60,806 bases of DNA, from NCBI GenBank assembly GCA_051532035.1, contig JAOPTW010000066.1:1-60806 (forward strand), written 5' to 3'. This document shows, piece after piece, positions 9,976 through 18,657 of the stretch (positions within the stretch are counted from its first letter, which is position 1; each line of letters begins with the position of its first letter). Both the position numbers and the translations under genes were made by a program. The stretch is from Fibrobacterales bacterium (GTDB lineage Bacteria; Fibrobacterota; Fibrobacteria; Fibrobacterales; JAOPTW01). Below the pieces are notes generated by a model. The model saw nothing but the letters and a program-made list of their open reading frames with translations. It was not told the origin of the DNA and searched no databases.

Positions 9976-11388
9976 TTAGTTGCCTCCTATAGTTGTCATT
10001 GGGTCGCCGGTATAGCCGAGTGCTTTCCAGTCCATACGCCCATCATCGCCATGGCATTGCATACATGAGAGTGCTCTATTTGATTCTGCAACCATGTGTG
10101 AAAGGGGCCAGTACATTTCGGTTTGAGTAAATCCATATGAACCACTATATTCGATGCCCATGTTTTTTGCTCCTGCGGTCAGTGCTTTTTGCCAATCAAA
10201 GTGTTCCCAATAACCACCCACTGTTTTGGGCTGGATCAGGTAGTTATTAATGTTGTCATAAATTTGTTTGCCACGGTGTACTTTAAACGGCCAAATTTTA
10301 GATGTGCTATCTTTGATACTTCCGAGTGGTTCATTGATTGCAACCCCTTTTGTTGAATCAACTTTTTGTCCGGTAATGTACACCTTCGAGGTACCGTTAT
10401 ACCAGTGGTATTCAGGCTTGAGGTTCTTTTTGTAAATAAACTCACCTTTCATTTTCATATAGTGATGGACGTCTTCTTTACGACCTTCTTGCCCCGCTTT
10501 TGACCAATCCCAATCAGTTTTTGTTGGTGTTTTTATGGCAACCTCTGGGATGTGACATGTTTGACAGGCCACTCGTTTAGTATGAAGATTAATACGGGTG
10601 TCTTTGTGGGGGTTTTCATTATGGCATTTGGTACAGTCGAGTCTATTGTCATTTGTAACACTCACGGACATTGATCGGCCGGTTATGTTATGATTTTCTG
10701 TTTCGTGACAGGTAGTACATTGAAAATCTAGTTTACCCATATGTATATCAATCCGAGGGGTGGGAAAATAGAGTGATTCATCAAGATCACCATGTTTCAC
10801 AGCGTTGCCTCCTCCACCAGAGAAGTGACAGGAACCACAATTTTTTCTGGAGCTAAAACCGACGCTTTTTGCGACTTCAGTGAGATTTACTGATTTGTTG
10901 GGGAGTCCTTTGCCCGCTTTGGCATAGAGGCCTGACCCATCATGACACACTAGGCAGTCAACACGCTCTTCTGCGGTGAAGTCAAAGTTTTTATCTGCCC
11001 AACCATAGCCGGTATGGCACTTGGTGCATTTTGATTCATTGCCGCCGGCGATTCCAATACAGAAATTATTAAAAGAGTGTTTTTTACCCACCATAATTTT
11101 TGTGTCGTGCCAAGGGACAGCAATTGAATCAGTGGTCCATTTCCAGTGGGTTGTTTTCATGTGCTCTTTGGCTGCATCTTTGTGGCAGGTCAAACATTTC
11201 CTAGTAACCGATGGACCGTCTTTAAAGTCTCCAGTTATAAGATCCTTATGGTCCACATGGGGTTTCTTTGGAGATATAAAGCGTTGTGGGTTGTCGAATG
11301 ATACTTCTCTAGGGGTGAGTGAATATAATATGCCGCCTATCACAATGGCGAGGGGTATGAGAATAGCGAGTAATATTTGTGGCCTCAT
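9976..11388 (-). CDS. octaheme c-type cytochrome, tetrathionate reductase (OTR) family
   Basis: 8 CxxCH motifs; GKKHSFNNFC, CHTGYGW, CHFSGGGGNAVKHGDLD, KIWPFKVHRGKQ, MYWPLSHMV; N-terminal anchor. Confidence 0.92.
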   Translation of the reverse strand: MRPQILLAILIPLAIVIGGILYSLTPREVSFDNPQRFISPKKPHVDHKDLITGDFKDGPSVTRKCLTCHKDAAKEHMKTTHWKWTTDSIAVPWHDTKIMVGKKHSFNNFCIGIAGGNESKCTKCHTGYGWADKNFDFTAEERVDCLVCHDGSGLYAKAGKGLPNKSVNLTEVAKSVGFSSRKNCGSCHFSGGGGNAVKHGDLDESLYFPTPRIDIHMGKLDFQCTTCHETENHNITGRSMSVSVTNDNRLDCTKCHNENPHKDTRINLHTKRVACQTCHIPEVAIKTPTKTDWDWSKAGQEGRKEDVHHYMKMKGEFIYKKNLKPEYHWYNGTSKVYITGQKVDSTKGVAINEPLGSIKDSTSKIWPFKVHRGKQIYDNINNYLIQPKTVGGYWEHFDWQKALTAGAKNMGIEYSGSYGFTQTEMYWPLSHMVAESNRALSCMQCHGDDGRMDWKALGYTGDPMTTIGGN

Positions 11389-11560
11389 TACATGTCCTTC
11401 TACAGATGCAAGTATGGATTGCTTTACGATAATTAAATTATAATATAGTAATATAAAGATTCAAGGCTGTAATTACTATATAGTACCACATATTTTTGAG
11501 CTATGCTCGATTATTTAGTAGTTTGGGGGTTGCGGATGAGGTTTTAAAAGGGGCGCGTAT

Positions 11561-11995
11561 ATGAAAAAAGGAATTGAAAGGGTTGTGGTAGCGGTAGTTG
11601 CGCTGTTTATAGGATGGTTTATCTTTTTACCTCCTTATTTAGAGGTGTTTCAAGAGGAACGGGAGATTACTATTTTGATAAATTTTTTCGAATTTGATAA
11701 GAGCAAACTCTCTGAAATTGAATTGTGGACATCACACGATTCTCTTGTCTGGAAAATAGAAGCGAAGGAGAAGTATTTTCAAATACCTGATTTGGAATTT
11801 GTAACTGGTTGGAATACTCGTAGCATAAACATCCCCGATTCCGTATTGCAAACCATCAATATTATAGGACCAAAAGGTGATTCAGTTAAAATAGAGCCAG
11901 GGGTACTGTATAAAGTGGTCATAAAAAAACCAGGCTTAGAAGAAGCCTGGTTGAAACAGTCTAAAAGAACTGAATATATATTTACAGCTCAATAA
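11561..11995 (+). CDS. hypothetical membrane-anchored protein
   Basis: 144-aa ORF with one N-terminal TM helix and a purine-rich RBS. Confidence 0.6.
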   Translation: MKKGIERVVVAVVALFIGWFIFLPPYLEVFQEEREITILINFFEFDKSKLSEIELWTSHDSLVWKIEAKEKYFQIPDLEFVTGWNTRSINIPDSVLQTINIIGPKGDSVKIEPGVLYKVVIKKPGLEEAWLKQSKRTEYIFTAQ

Positions 11996-12006
11996 GAGGG
12001 AGAGTC

Positions 12007-12546
12007 TTAGCAGTGTGGCTCTACGTCGTCCAAGCGGGGAATTTTAGATCCACAGCTTATGGTGTATTCAAGTTTGTCGTAGTCATCACGAGGAATTGAT
12101 GGTCCCTCAGCCGAGCAAAACTCATTGTAAAATTTAACAAGGATATCACGAATAGCATCAGCATCCATTTGTTCAATATGGGGTCTAAAAAGTCCATGAA
12201 TTAATTTGCCATCAGCAAAGAGCAAAATATTCGGTGATGATGGCTCAAATTTAAAGAGGTGATTCGTTCTCAGGTGTGAAATTGCTGACTTTTCTTGGCC
12301 TGCAAAGAGGGCCACCATTCTATCTGGAATCTTGTCGTTTTGAAGTGATGCACATATACCGGGGCGTGCTGAACCAGCAGAACATCCACAAACAGAGTTA
12401 AGCATTACAAGAAGGGTCTTGTCTTTAGATTCAATAATTGCGTTATCAACTTCTTCAGGGGTTGTTACCTCTTCAAATCCTACGTTAGTAAGTTCATCTC
12501 TAAAGGGTTGCACTGCAACTGGATCATATGTTGGGTTATCGAGCAT
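12007..12546 (-). CDS. BrxA/BrxB (YphP/YqiW) family bacilliredoxin with C-terminal extension
   Basis: PFRDELT, NSVCGCSAGSARPG (CGC motif), FAGQEK, PSSP. Confidence 0.88.
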   Translation of the reverse strand: MLDNPTYDPVAVQPFRDELTNVGFEEVTTPEEVDNAIIESKDKTLLVMLNSVCGCSAGSARPGICASLQNDKIPDRMVALFAGQEKSAISHLRTNHLFKFEPSSPNILLFADGKLIHGLFRPHIEQMDADAIRDILVKFYNEFCSAEGPSIPRDDYDKLEYTISCGSKIPRLDDVEPHC

Positions 12547-12730
12547 AGGTACCTCGTTTAAATGGTTATTTTATTCATCTTATTTGTTTAAATATACCTA
12601 TTGTCTACTAAATATATAGACTTTGCCTGAGTATATTCTAGAATTAGAGGAGTTATTACAAGTTCGAAATTGTGACGTTTTAGACGATAAAATTCGTTTG
12701 AATGTCTCAACAGTACAAAAAGGAGTTACA

Positions 12731-13087
12731 ATGGCAATTAAAGCATATACCTATAATAAGTGTGGTACTTGTAGAAAAGCAGTAAAATTTGCAGAAGCAA
12801 ATGGTCTTGAGGTTACCGAGGTGCCTATTCGTGAAAAGGCGCCTACAAAAAAAGAACTCAAGCAGATGTTGAGTATCTACAATGGTGAGATTAAAAAATT
12901 ATTTAATACCAGTGGTGTTGTATATAAAGCAGAAAACTGGAAAGACAAAATAAAAGCGATTACGGTGGCAGAAGCGATAGATGCGTTAGCAGCTGATGGC
13001 AATCTTGTGAAACGCCCTTTTGTGATCAGTGGTGATATAGGCTCTGTTGGATTTAAAGAAGAGATCTGGCAAGAACTCTATCTCTGA
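12731..13087 (+). CDS. ArsC/Spx/YffB family thioredoxin-fold protein
   Basis: CGTCRKA, LFNTSG, LVKRPF, VGFKE; AGGAG RBS before ATG 12731. Confidence 0.88.
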   Translation: MAIKAYTYNKCGTCRKAVKFAEANGLEVTEVPIREKAPTKKELKQMLSIYNGEIKKLFNTSGVVYKAENWKDKIKAITVAEAIDALAADGNLVKRPFVISGDIGSVGFKEEIWQELYL

Positions 13088-13203
13088 TTAACTATTTAAT
13101 GAAATCAAACCCGTAATGAGTCTTCTCTTTTGTTATCTTATATAGTCAAGAATGAAGGCCTGTATGAGGCGTATTGACAATAATTGTAAGATAGAGGTAT
13201 ACC

Positions 13204-13707
13204 ATGACGAATGCTGTTATGATGGAAGCATTAAACACACAGATGAATGAAGAGATGAAGTCGTACTTTGTGTATGTTGCTATGGCTGCATATTTTGAAG
13301 ATAATAAGCTTCCGGGATGCGCTCACTGGATGAGAATGCAGGCTGAAGAAGAGATGATGCATGCTTGGAAGTTCTATAACTATATCTTTAGCCGCGGTGG
13401 AAAACCATCGTACAATGCTTTTGATAAAGTAAATGAGTCATTTCACTCAATGCAAGATGTGTTTGAAAAAGCTCTTGCTCACGAAAAGTATATTACAACT
13501 ACGGTTGAGGCACTGTTAAAATTAGCACGTAAAGAAGATGACCTTGCTACAGAGTCTATGATGCGTTGGTATATTGATGAACAGGTTGAAGAAGAAGCGA
13601 CTATTCAAGGAATTCTTGATCAAATTTCCCTTGTTGATCAACAGGCAAATGGTCTGTATCTTCTTGATAAAGAGTTGGGCGGACGAACAACAACTGCAGT
13701 TGCATAG
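13204..13707 (+). CDS. ftnA: non-heme ferritin
   Basis: LNTQMNEEMKSYFVY, QAEEEMMHA, ALAHEKYIT, WYIDEQVEEE, LYLLDKEL ferroxidase motifs. Confidence 0.92.
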   Translation: MTNAVMMEALNTQMNEEMKSYFVYVAMAAYFEDNKLPGCAHWMRMQAEEEMMHAWKFYNYIFSRGGKPSYNAFDKVNESFHSMQDVFEKALAHEKYITTTVEALLKLARKEDDLATESMMRWYIDEQVEEEATIQGILDQISLVDQQANGLYLLDKELGGRTTTAVA

Positions 13708-13730
13708 CACGAATAGATATGATTTTTAAC

Positions 13731-13765
13731 AATGTCAGTAGGGAATAACCTTACTGGCATTTTTT
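13731..13765 (+). terminator. Rho-independent terminator after ferritin
   Basis: ATGTCAGTAGG/CTTACTGGCAT stem followed by a T run, between convergent genes. Confidence 0.65.
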
Positions 13766-16343
13766 ATATCTGTACTCCACCAAAAAAGTCATAACTAATT
13801 TTTGTCTGGAAGAGTGAAATCTTTGAGAGAACGTTTCTTAAATTTTGCTGTTCAAGGTCAGTTAAATCATTAATGGCCAATACATCATTTACTTTTCTAA
13901 GATCGGTGTACTCGATGATCTGATTCATAAAACGCAAATTCCATATATGATCAAATATATACACCATTTCTCGGTAGCTTTCTTCATGAATCTCTCCACA
14001 GGCAACAAGGTGTTTTAATCGTGAAATGGTGTTTGCATCGCGGATATCATGTTTAAGGGCATAGATTCTACAAAAGATCTCCATAGGCCTTAGGCACTCT
14101 TTGAGGTTGATTGATTTGACCCCATCACGCGTCTCAGTTTTGAGTTTACCAAAGAGGTTGAGTGGTGGTTTATAAGCGAGGCAGTTTTTAGCGTAGTGAA
14201 TAAAGAACTGTTGGTTTTCTTTATTTACGGCAACAATATGATCCTGGATTCGGTCAACGAGTGCTTGATCGCCATAGGTAGAGCGTATATCAAAGAAGAC
14301 ATTCACCTCGAGTATCGAGCTTGGTGATGCATTGGTAATCCAGTTACTGAAGTTGTTGTGCCACTCTTCGACACTCAAACACCATTGAGGATTCGTTGCC
14401 ATGATCCTTCCTTTGCAGTATGGATAGCCCGCTTGGTTCAGCATGGTACACACTTTATCGGCAAGGTGTAAAAAGTATCGGCGTACTTTATCTATATCAT
14501 GTCCATCGGGAAGGTCAAATACAATTGCGTTATCTTGATCAGAAAAGAGGGTCATATCGTGTCGAGCATTACTCCCCAGTGAAATAAACGAGAAAGAAAC
14601 GGGTGGTTGGCCAAGTTCGGTTATAGAGAGGGTGATAAAACGCTCAATAGCGGCGTCATATGCTGCACCAATAACACGGCGGAGATTGTCAGGAGTAGAT
14701 CCTTGATGGATCATTGTACGAATAAGAATGGGTAACTGATTCAGTGATTCAACAATGTGACCCACTGAATTGCTCTCTTGTATCTCTTCAACAATGGTAC
14801 TTGATAGTCCTTTGTAGTCATCAATTTTTTTCTCATGGATAAGAGCACTACTATAAGTTTTACGTATAATAGGTCTGAATGAAATGACATGACCTTGTTT
14901 TTCGGACAAGAAGATCTTAGATGTGCTGAGTATGATATCAATAGTTTTTCCCGATTGAGTATAGAGTTGTGCCTCAAATTCTGCAGGCTCAGCGGAACGA
15001 TTAAAGAGGGCAAGGAGGTGGTGGAGAACCGGAATGTTTATGGGGTTGTTGGGGAAAAGCTTTCCCCAAATAGAGTGATTGTTGAGCTCTTCTTCAGTAT
15101 AGCCAACCATCTGTTGTAGTCGGTGATTTGAGTAGATAATAGACCCTTCGGTTTCGAGAATATATCCCTCATTTGAAGACTCTACCAGCGCTCGATATCG
15201 GTCTTTTGCTTCATGGAGTAGGACTTCAGCGCGCTTTTTTCGATTTTCGGTAGTGCGACTTTGAGTGATGATATAGGTCATGATCAGTATAAGGCCAAAA
15301 GTTATGGCAAAAAAGGTTTGGTAGAGAGTGTATTCGAGTCGCTCAATCTCATCTTCAATGTCATTAATATAGACGCCGGTTCCAACTACCCAGTTCCATT
15401 CAGGTACCCCACGTACATAGGAGAGTTTTGGGACAGAGGTTTCAGCGTCATCTTTCCACTGCCAACGATATTTGAGATACCCTTCGGAGTGTTCTTTGAC
15501 CAAATTGACAAATTCGACAAAAAGTTTCTTACCACTTTTGTTTTCGCTATCCGTATAATTACTGAGGTCCTTACCGATGAGCTCATTCCGGTAAGGATGC
15601 ATGATCATGGTAGGATGCATATCGGTGATAAAAAAGTAGTCTTTGTTATCGGTACCATAGCGCATAGATTGGATTTCTTGAGCTGCTCGTTGTTGAGCAT
15701 TTTCAATGGATAGCATTCCTGCATTGCTTTTGGATTTGTACTGCTCAACAATACTCACTGCAGAGGCAGTAAGTTCTTTGATCATTAACTTTTTTTGGCC
15801 AATCATCGAGTCTTCAAAAACAGGGACTATCACTAAAAAGATAGCGGTGATAAAGAGGAAAATGGCAATAACGGTGGGGGCGACAATTCTAAATCCAAAA
15901 GTGGTGACAAAGTGGTTGGGTTTTTGATAGCTGTCAAAAGTACCAACTCCTTTAAAATAATCAGAAAGTTCTTGGGAGTCGAGAATAGTATTCCATTCTC
16001 CAATATGGAGGGCATCGTGATACTTTTGAGTAAATGTGCCATTCTCAAAATCGGTTCGGGTAGGGATATACCCATTGTAATCATCTTTAATGTGCTGCTC
16101 AAAAATATTTTTGATGTCGTACTTAGAGTAAGAGTCGCTAAATTCGTTATAGGCTTCATCAAGTGCTTCTTGACAGTGTCTGAATTTGCGGTGGTCATAG
16201 GGGTTGTATTCGAAGGATTGACCAGTGGTAATATGTTGCTGAAAACTATCATGGTCAAAAAAGCCGTCGATCCATTTATGGATGTCTTCAGCTCGTACTC
16301 CAAAGAGTTTCTCTGTATGATTTGCGTGATCTGTAACTTTCAT
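13764..16343 (-). CDS. membrane sensor: His-rich N-domain, TM, sCache, TM, PAS, DUF294/DUF294_C putative nucleotidyltransferase
   Basis: sCache motifs MRYG..DYFFITD, MIMHP, GYLKYRW, KLSYVR..PEWNWVVGTGVY; PAS (YRALVESSNEG, MVGYTEEEL); DUF294 GSNARHDMTLFSDQDNAIV, GYPYCKGRIMATNPQW, FFDIR, INLKE. Confidence 0.85.
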   Translation of the reverse strand: MKVTDHANHTEKLFGVRAEDIHKWIDGFFDHDSFQQHITTGQSFEYNPYDHRKFRHCQEALDEAYNEFSDSYSKYDIKNIFEQHIKDDYNGYIPTRTDFENGTFTQKYHDALHIGEWNTILDSQELSDYFKGVGTFDSYQKPNHFVTTFGFRIVAPTVIAIFLFITAIFLVIVPVFEDSMIGQKKLMIKELTASAVSIVEQYKSKSNAGMLSIENAQQRAAQEIQSMRYGTDNKDYFFITDMHPTMIMHPYRNELIGKDLSNYTDSENKSGKKLFVEFVNLVKEHSEGYLKYRWQWKDDAETSVPKLSYVRGVPEWNWVVGTGVYINDIEDEIERLEYTLYQTFFAITFGLILIMTYIITQSRTTENRKKRAEVLLHEAKDRYRALVESSNEGYILETEGSIIYSNHRLQQMVGYTEEELNNHSIWGKLFPNNPINIPVLHHLLALFNRSAEPAEFEAQLYTQSGKTIDIILSTSKIFLSEKQGHVISFRPIIRKTYSSALIHEKKIDDYKGLSSTIVEEIQESNSVGHIVESLNQLPILIRTMIHQGSTPDNLRRVIGAAYDAAIERFITLSITELGQPPVSFSFISLGSNARHDMTLFSDQDNAIVFDLPDGHDIDKVRRYFLHLADKVCTMLNQAGYPYCKGRIMATNPQWCLSVEEWHNNFSNWITNASPSSILEVNVFFDIRSTYGDQALVDRIQDHIVAVNKENQQFFIHYAKNCLAYKPPLNLFGKLKTETRDGVKSINLKECLRPMEIFCRIYALKHDIRDANTISRLKHLVACGEIHEESYREMVYIFDHIWNLRFMNQIIEYTDLRKVNDVLAINDLTDLEQQNLRNVLSKISLFQTKISYDFFGGVQI

Positions 16344-16529
16344 GATTCAATTATAGATATTTGAACTCTAGTTGATCGATGAAATAATAATTGGTGCCGT
16401 TAAAACCGAATCTCAATCTGATTGTATGCTAGGATATGAAGCGTAAAAAGAGCAATAAAAAATGGGTGACCATCAAGAAAAAGTTGCGAAAAATCATTTT
16501 TCAATACGAGGGTTAAATAATGAACCTGA

Positions 16530-16545
16530 TTACAACTTTGTAAAT
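16530..16545. promoter_or_regulatory. palindromic operator TTACAA-N2-TTGTAA(AT), copy 1
   Basis: TTACAACTTTGTAAAT is the exact reverse complement of 18331-18346. Confidence 0.6.
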
Positions 16546-16632
16546 AGAATTTTCTACCTTTTGCCCGACTTGATAGACGAACTAGAAGGGGCTCGAAATC
16601 CCCTTTATCACAATAGATGGAGAATAAAATAG

Positions 16633-18162
16633 ATGGCTAAAGATCCAAATCAATTTTATAAACAGATGCGGAAAAAATCAAATGAGTTTGATAACCGCGA
16701 AGAGTATCTGAATCACGAGTTAAAAATAATGAGTTTTAGAAGATGGGGTATTCACCTCCCTTTTAAAGATTACAATATCGAAATCGAAGACTGGGTTCCA
16801 GCGCTCGCTGCTACCATTGGCAAAGTGGTTATGGTGACTGCTTGTGTTGCAGCTTTTGCAAATGCTCCGGGTTTTGATCTTTTTCATCTTCCAGAAGCTG
16901 ATAAGTTGGCGTTTATTGCAGAAAATGTGCGTTACGAGTTGCTCATTGCGGGGCTCCTTTTTGTAATTCTTTTCTCGGCAATTCTCAATCCGAATGCCAA
17001 TCTTGCAGGAACCCATGGGCCAATGATTCCGCTTATTGCAATGATTGCAGCAGCTGGTGGTCACCCTCTTGCTCTTGGGGTAATGGTAGGGGTTTTTGGA
17101 CTCATTTTGGCCTTTACTAAAGGAGGGTCAAAACTTATGACACTAACGGGGGTTGGCGTGAGGGGAGGACTCCTTATTTATCTCGGGGCCTTCGGATTAA
17201 TGGGGCAGATTGGTAAATTAGGGAAATGGGCTAGCAGCTTGTTACCTGATGGAACAGTAAGTGCATCAAAACTTGCTGCTTCTGATGCTTCTATGGGGTA
17301 TGTTTCTTTTGCGGTTATCGGCGTTACTCTTCTTGTGTATGCATACCTTGCAAAGGTAAATAAGCGTTGGTTGGCAATTCCTCTTTGTTCTGCACTTGCA
17401 GGGATTGTTGCTCTTGCTTGTGGTGCAGACTTTTCATTTTCAACGTCACCGGGTCTTCCGCATTTTAGTCCATTGTATTGGTGGGGGGATAATACTGGAT
17501 GGCTTATGGGCTGGCCTAATCTCGGTCATTTTGTCGCGGTTATTCCTTTTGCAATACTCGCAGTGGCGATGTGGTCTCCGGATTATCTTGGACACCGAGT
17601 ATTTCAAGAGATGAACTATCCAAAAGATGCGAAAGGTGTGTTGATGAATGTTGATGATACTATGATTGGCGCTTCAATTCGTCAGGGTGTTGGGTCGTTC
17701 CTTGGTGGTGGTAACCTTGCATCATCATGGGGTACTTATATGATTCCTGCGGCAATTGCAAAACGCCCAATTCCAGGCGGTGCGTTACTTACAGGTCTTT
17801 TATGTATTGTCGCATCAGTACTTGGGTTTCCCATGGATCTCGCCATGTGGGAACCTGTGCTACGTGTAGCTCTGATAGTGGGTGTATTCTTACCACTTCT
17901 CGAAGCGGGTATGCAGATGGTTCACAAACACAAAGATTCACTCAGTGCAGGTATCTGTATTTTTGCCTGTGCTTTTGTTAATCCAGTATTTGGTTGGGCT
18001 ACTACCATGCTTCTTGACAATCTTGGATTTATTGGGGATGCGGAGCGTGCAAAAGAGCTTTCGTGGAAAGACAAACTCCTTATTCCTGGTGTAGCATTTA
18101 TCATATGTATTGGTTCTTTGGCTCTCGTTGGTCAACTTCCTGGTATTCCAGCTATACTGTAA
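16633..18162 (+). CDS. DUF3360 family polytopic membrane protein (putative transporter)
   Basis: 509 aa; EYLNHELKIM, EDWVPALAATIGKVVMV, ENVRYELLI, NLAGTHGPMIPLI, AMWSPDYLGHRVFQ, SSWGTYMIPAAIAKRPIPGGA match the family as recalled. Confidence 0.8.
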   Translation: MAKDPNQFYKQMRKKSNEFDNREEYLNHELKIMSFRRWGIHLPFKDYNIEIEDWVPALAATIGKVVMVTACVAAFANAPGFDLFHLPEADKLAFIAENVRYELLIAGLLFVILFSAILNPNANLAGTHGPMIPLIAMIAAAGGHPLALGVMVGVFGLILAFTKGGSKLMTLTGVGVRGGLLIYLGAFGLMGQIGKLGKWASSLLPDGTVSASKLAASDASMGYVSFAVIGVTLLVYAYLAKVNKRWLAIPLCSALAGIVALACGADFSFSTSPGLPHFSPLYWWGDNTGWLMGWPNLGHFVAVIPFAILAVAMWSPDYLGHRVFQEMNYPKDAKGVLMNVDDTMIGASIRQGVGSFLGGGNLASSWGTYMIPAAIAKRPIPGGALLTGLLCIVASVLGFPMDLAMWEPVLRVALIVGVFLPLLEAGMQMVHKHKDSLSAGICIFACAFVNPVFGWATTMLLDNLGFIGDAERAKELSWKDKLLIPGVAFIICIGSLALVGQLPGIPAIL

Positions 18163-18181
18163 GCAGATTCTTATCAATATT

Positions 18182-18215
18182 GAGGCCACTTTCTATGGGG
18201 AAGTGGCCTTTTTTT
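18182..18215 (+). terminator. Rho-independent terminator after the DUF3360 gene
   Basis: GAGGCCACTT...AAGTGGCCTT followed by a T run. Confidence 0.75.
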
Positions 18216-18330
18216 GTACTCATTATCGAGGAGGTGCATCTTTTTACCTTGGGGTAGCTGGTCCATTTTATTGACTCCTAAGGTTTATTGTTCACAGCAA
18301 TATTTGAATTCTTGTTACTTTTCAAAAAGG

Positions 18331-18348
18331 ATTTACAAAGTTGTAAAT
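18331..18348. promoter_or_regulatory. palindromic operator ATTTACAA-AG-TTGTAAAT, copy 2
   Basis: perfect 8-2-8 palindrome ending 24 nt upstream of the DUF485 start. Confidence 0.6.
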
Positions 18349-18372
18349 CGATATATTATTCAGGAGGTCATA

Positions 18373-18657
18373 ATGGCAGGTCATGGACCAGCAGTAAAAC
18401 TTGGGAAGGATAATGCTTCCGAGTGGAAAGCAAAATTGGGTATAAAACTCTTTTGGTTTTATTGTCTCATCTACATGGGGTTTGTAGGAATTGCGGTTTT
18501 TAAAACCGAATTGTTGGGGGCCAAGGCATTTGCAGGGGTGAATCTCGCAATTATTTATGGCATGGGCCTCATTATATTTGCAGTGTTGCTTGGACTTGTC
18601 TATAACCACTTTTGCACTCAAAAAGAGAATGAACTTAACAAAGAGGTGAAAAAATGA
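18373..18657 (+). CDS. DUF485 (YjcH-like) small membrane protein
   Basis: two TM helices, GVNLAIIYGMGLII, AGGAGG RBS, ATGA-coupled to actP as in the canonical yjcH-actP arrangement. Confidence 0.85.
   Translation: MAGHGPAVKLGKDNASEWKAKLGIKLFWFYCLIYMGFVGIAVFKTELLGAKAFAGVNLAIIYGMGLIIFAVLLGLVYNHFCTQKENELNKEVKK

Noticed and set aside
12007..12546. BrxA/BrxB as part of a BREX phage-defence system
   Set aside because: Name coincidence only; the CGC thioredoxin-like motif identifies a bacilliredoxin, and no pglX, pglZ or brxC is present
13097..13135. Canonical Fur box upstream of ferritin
   Set aside because: Only a half-site-like AATGAGTCTT is present and the match to the 19-bp consensus is poor; kept only as a weak shared motif in the findings
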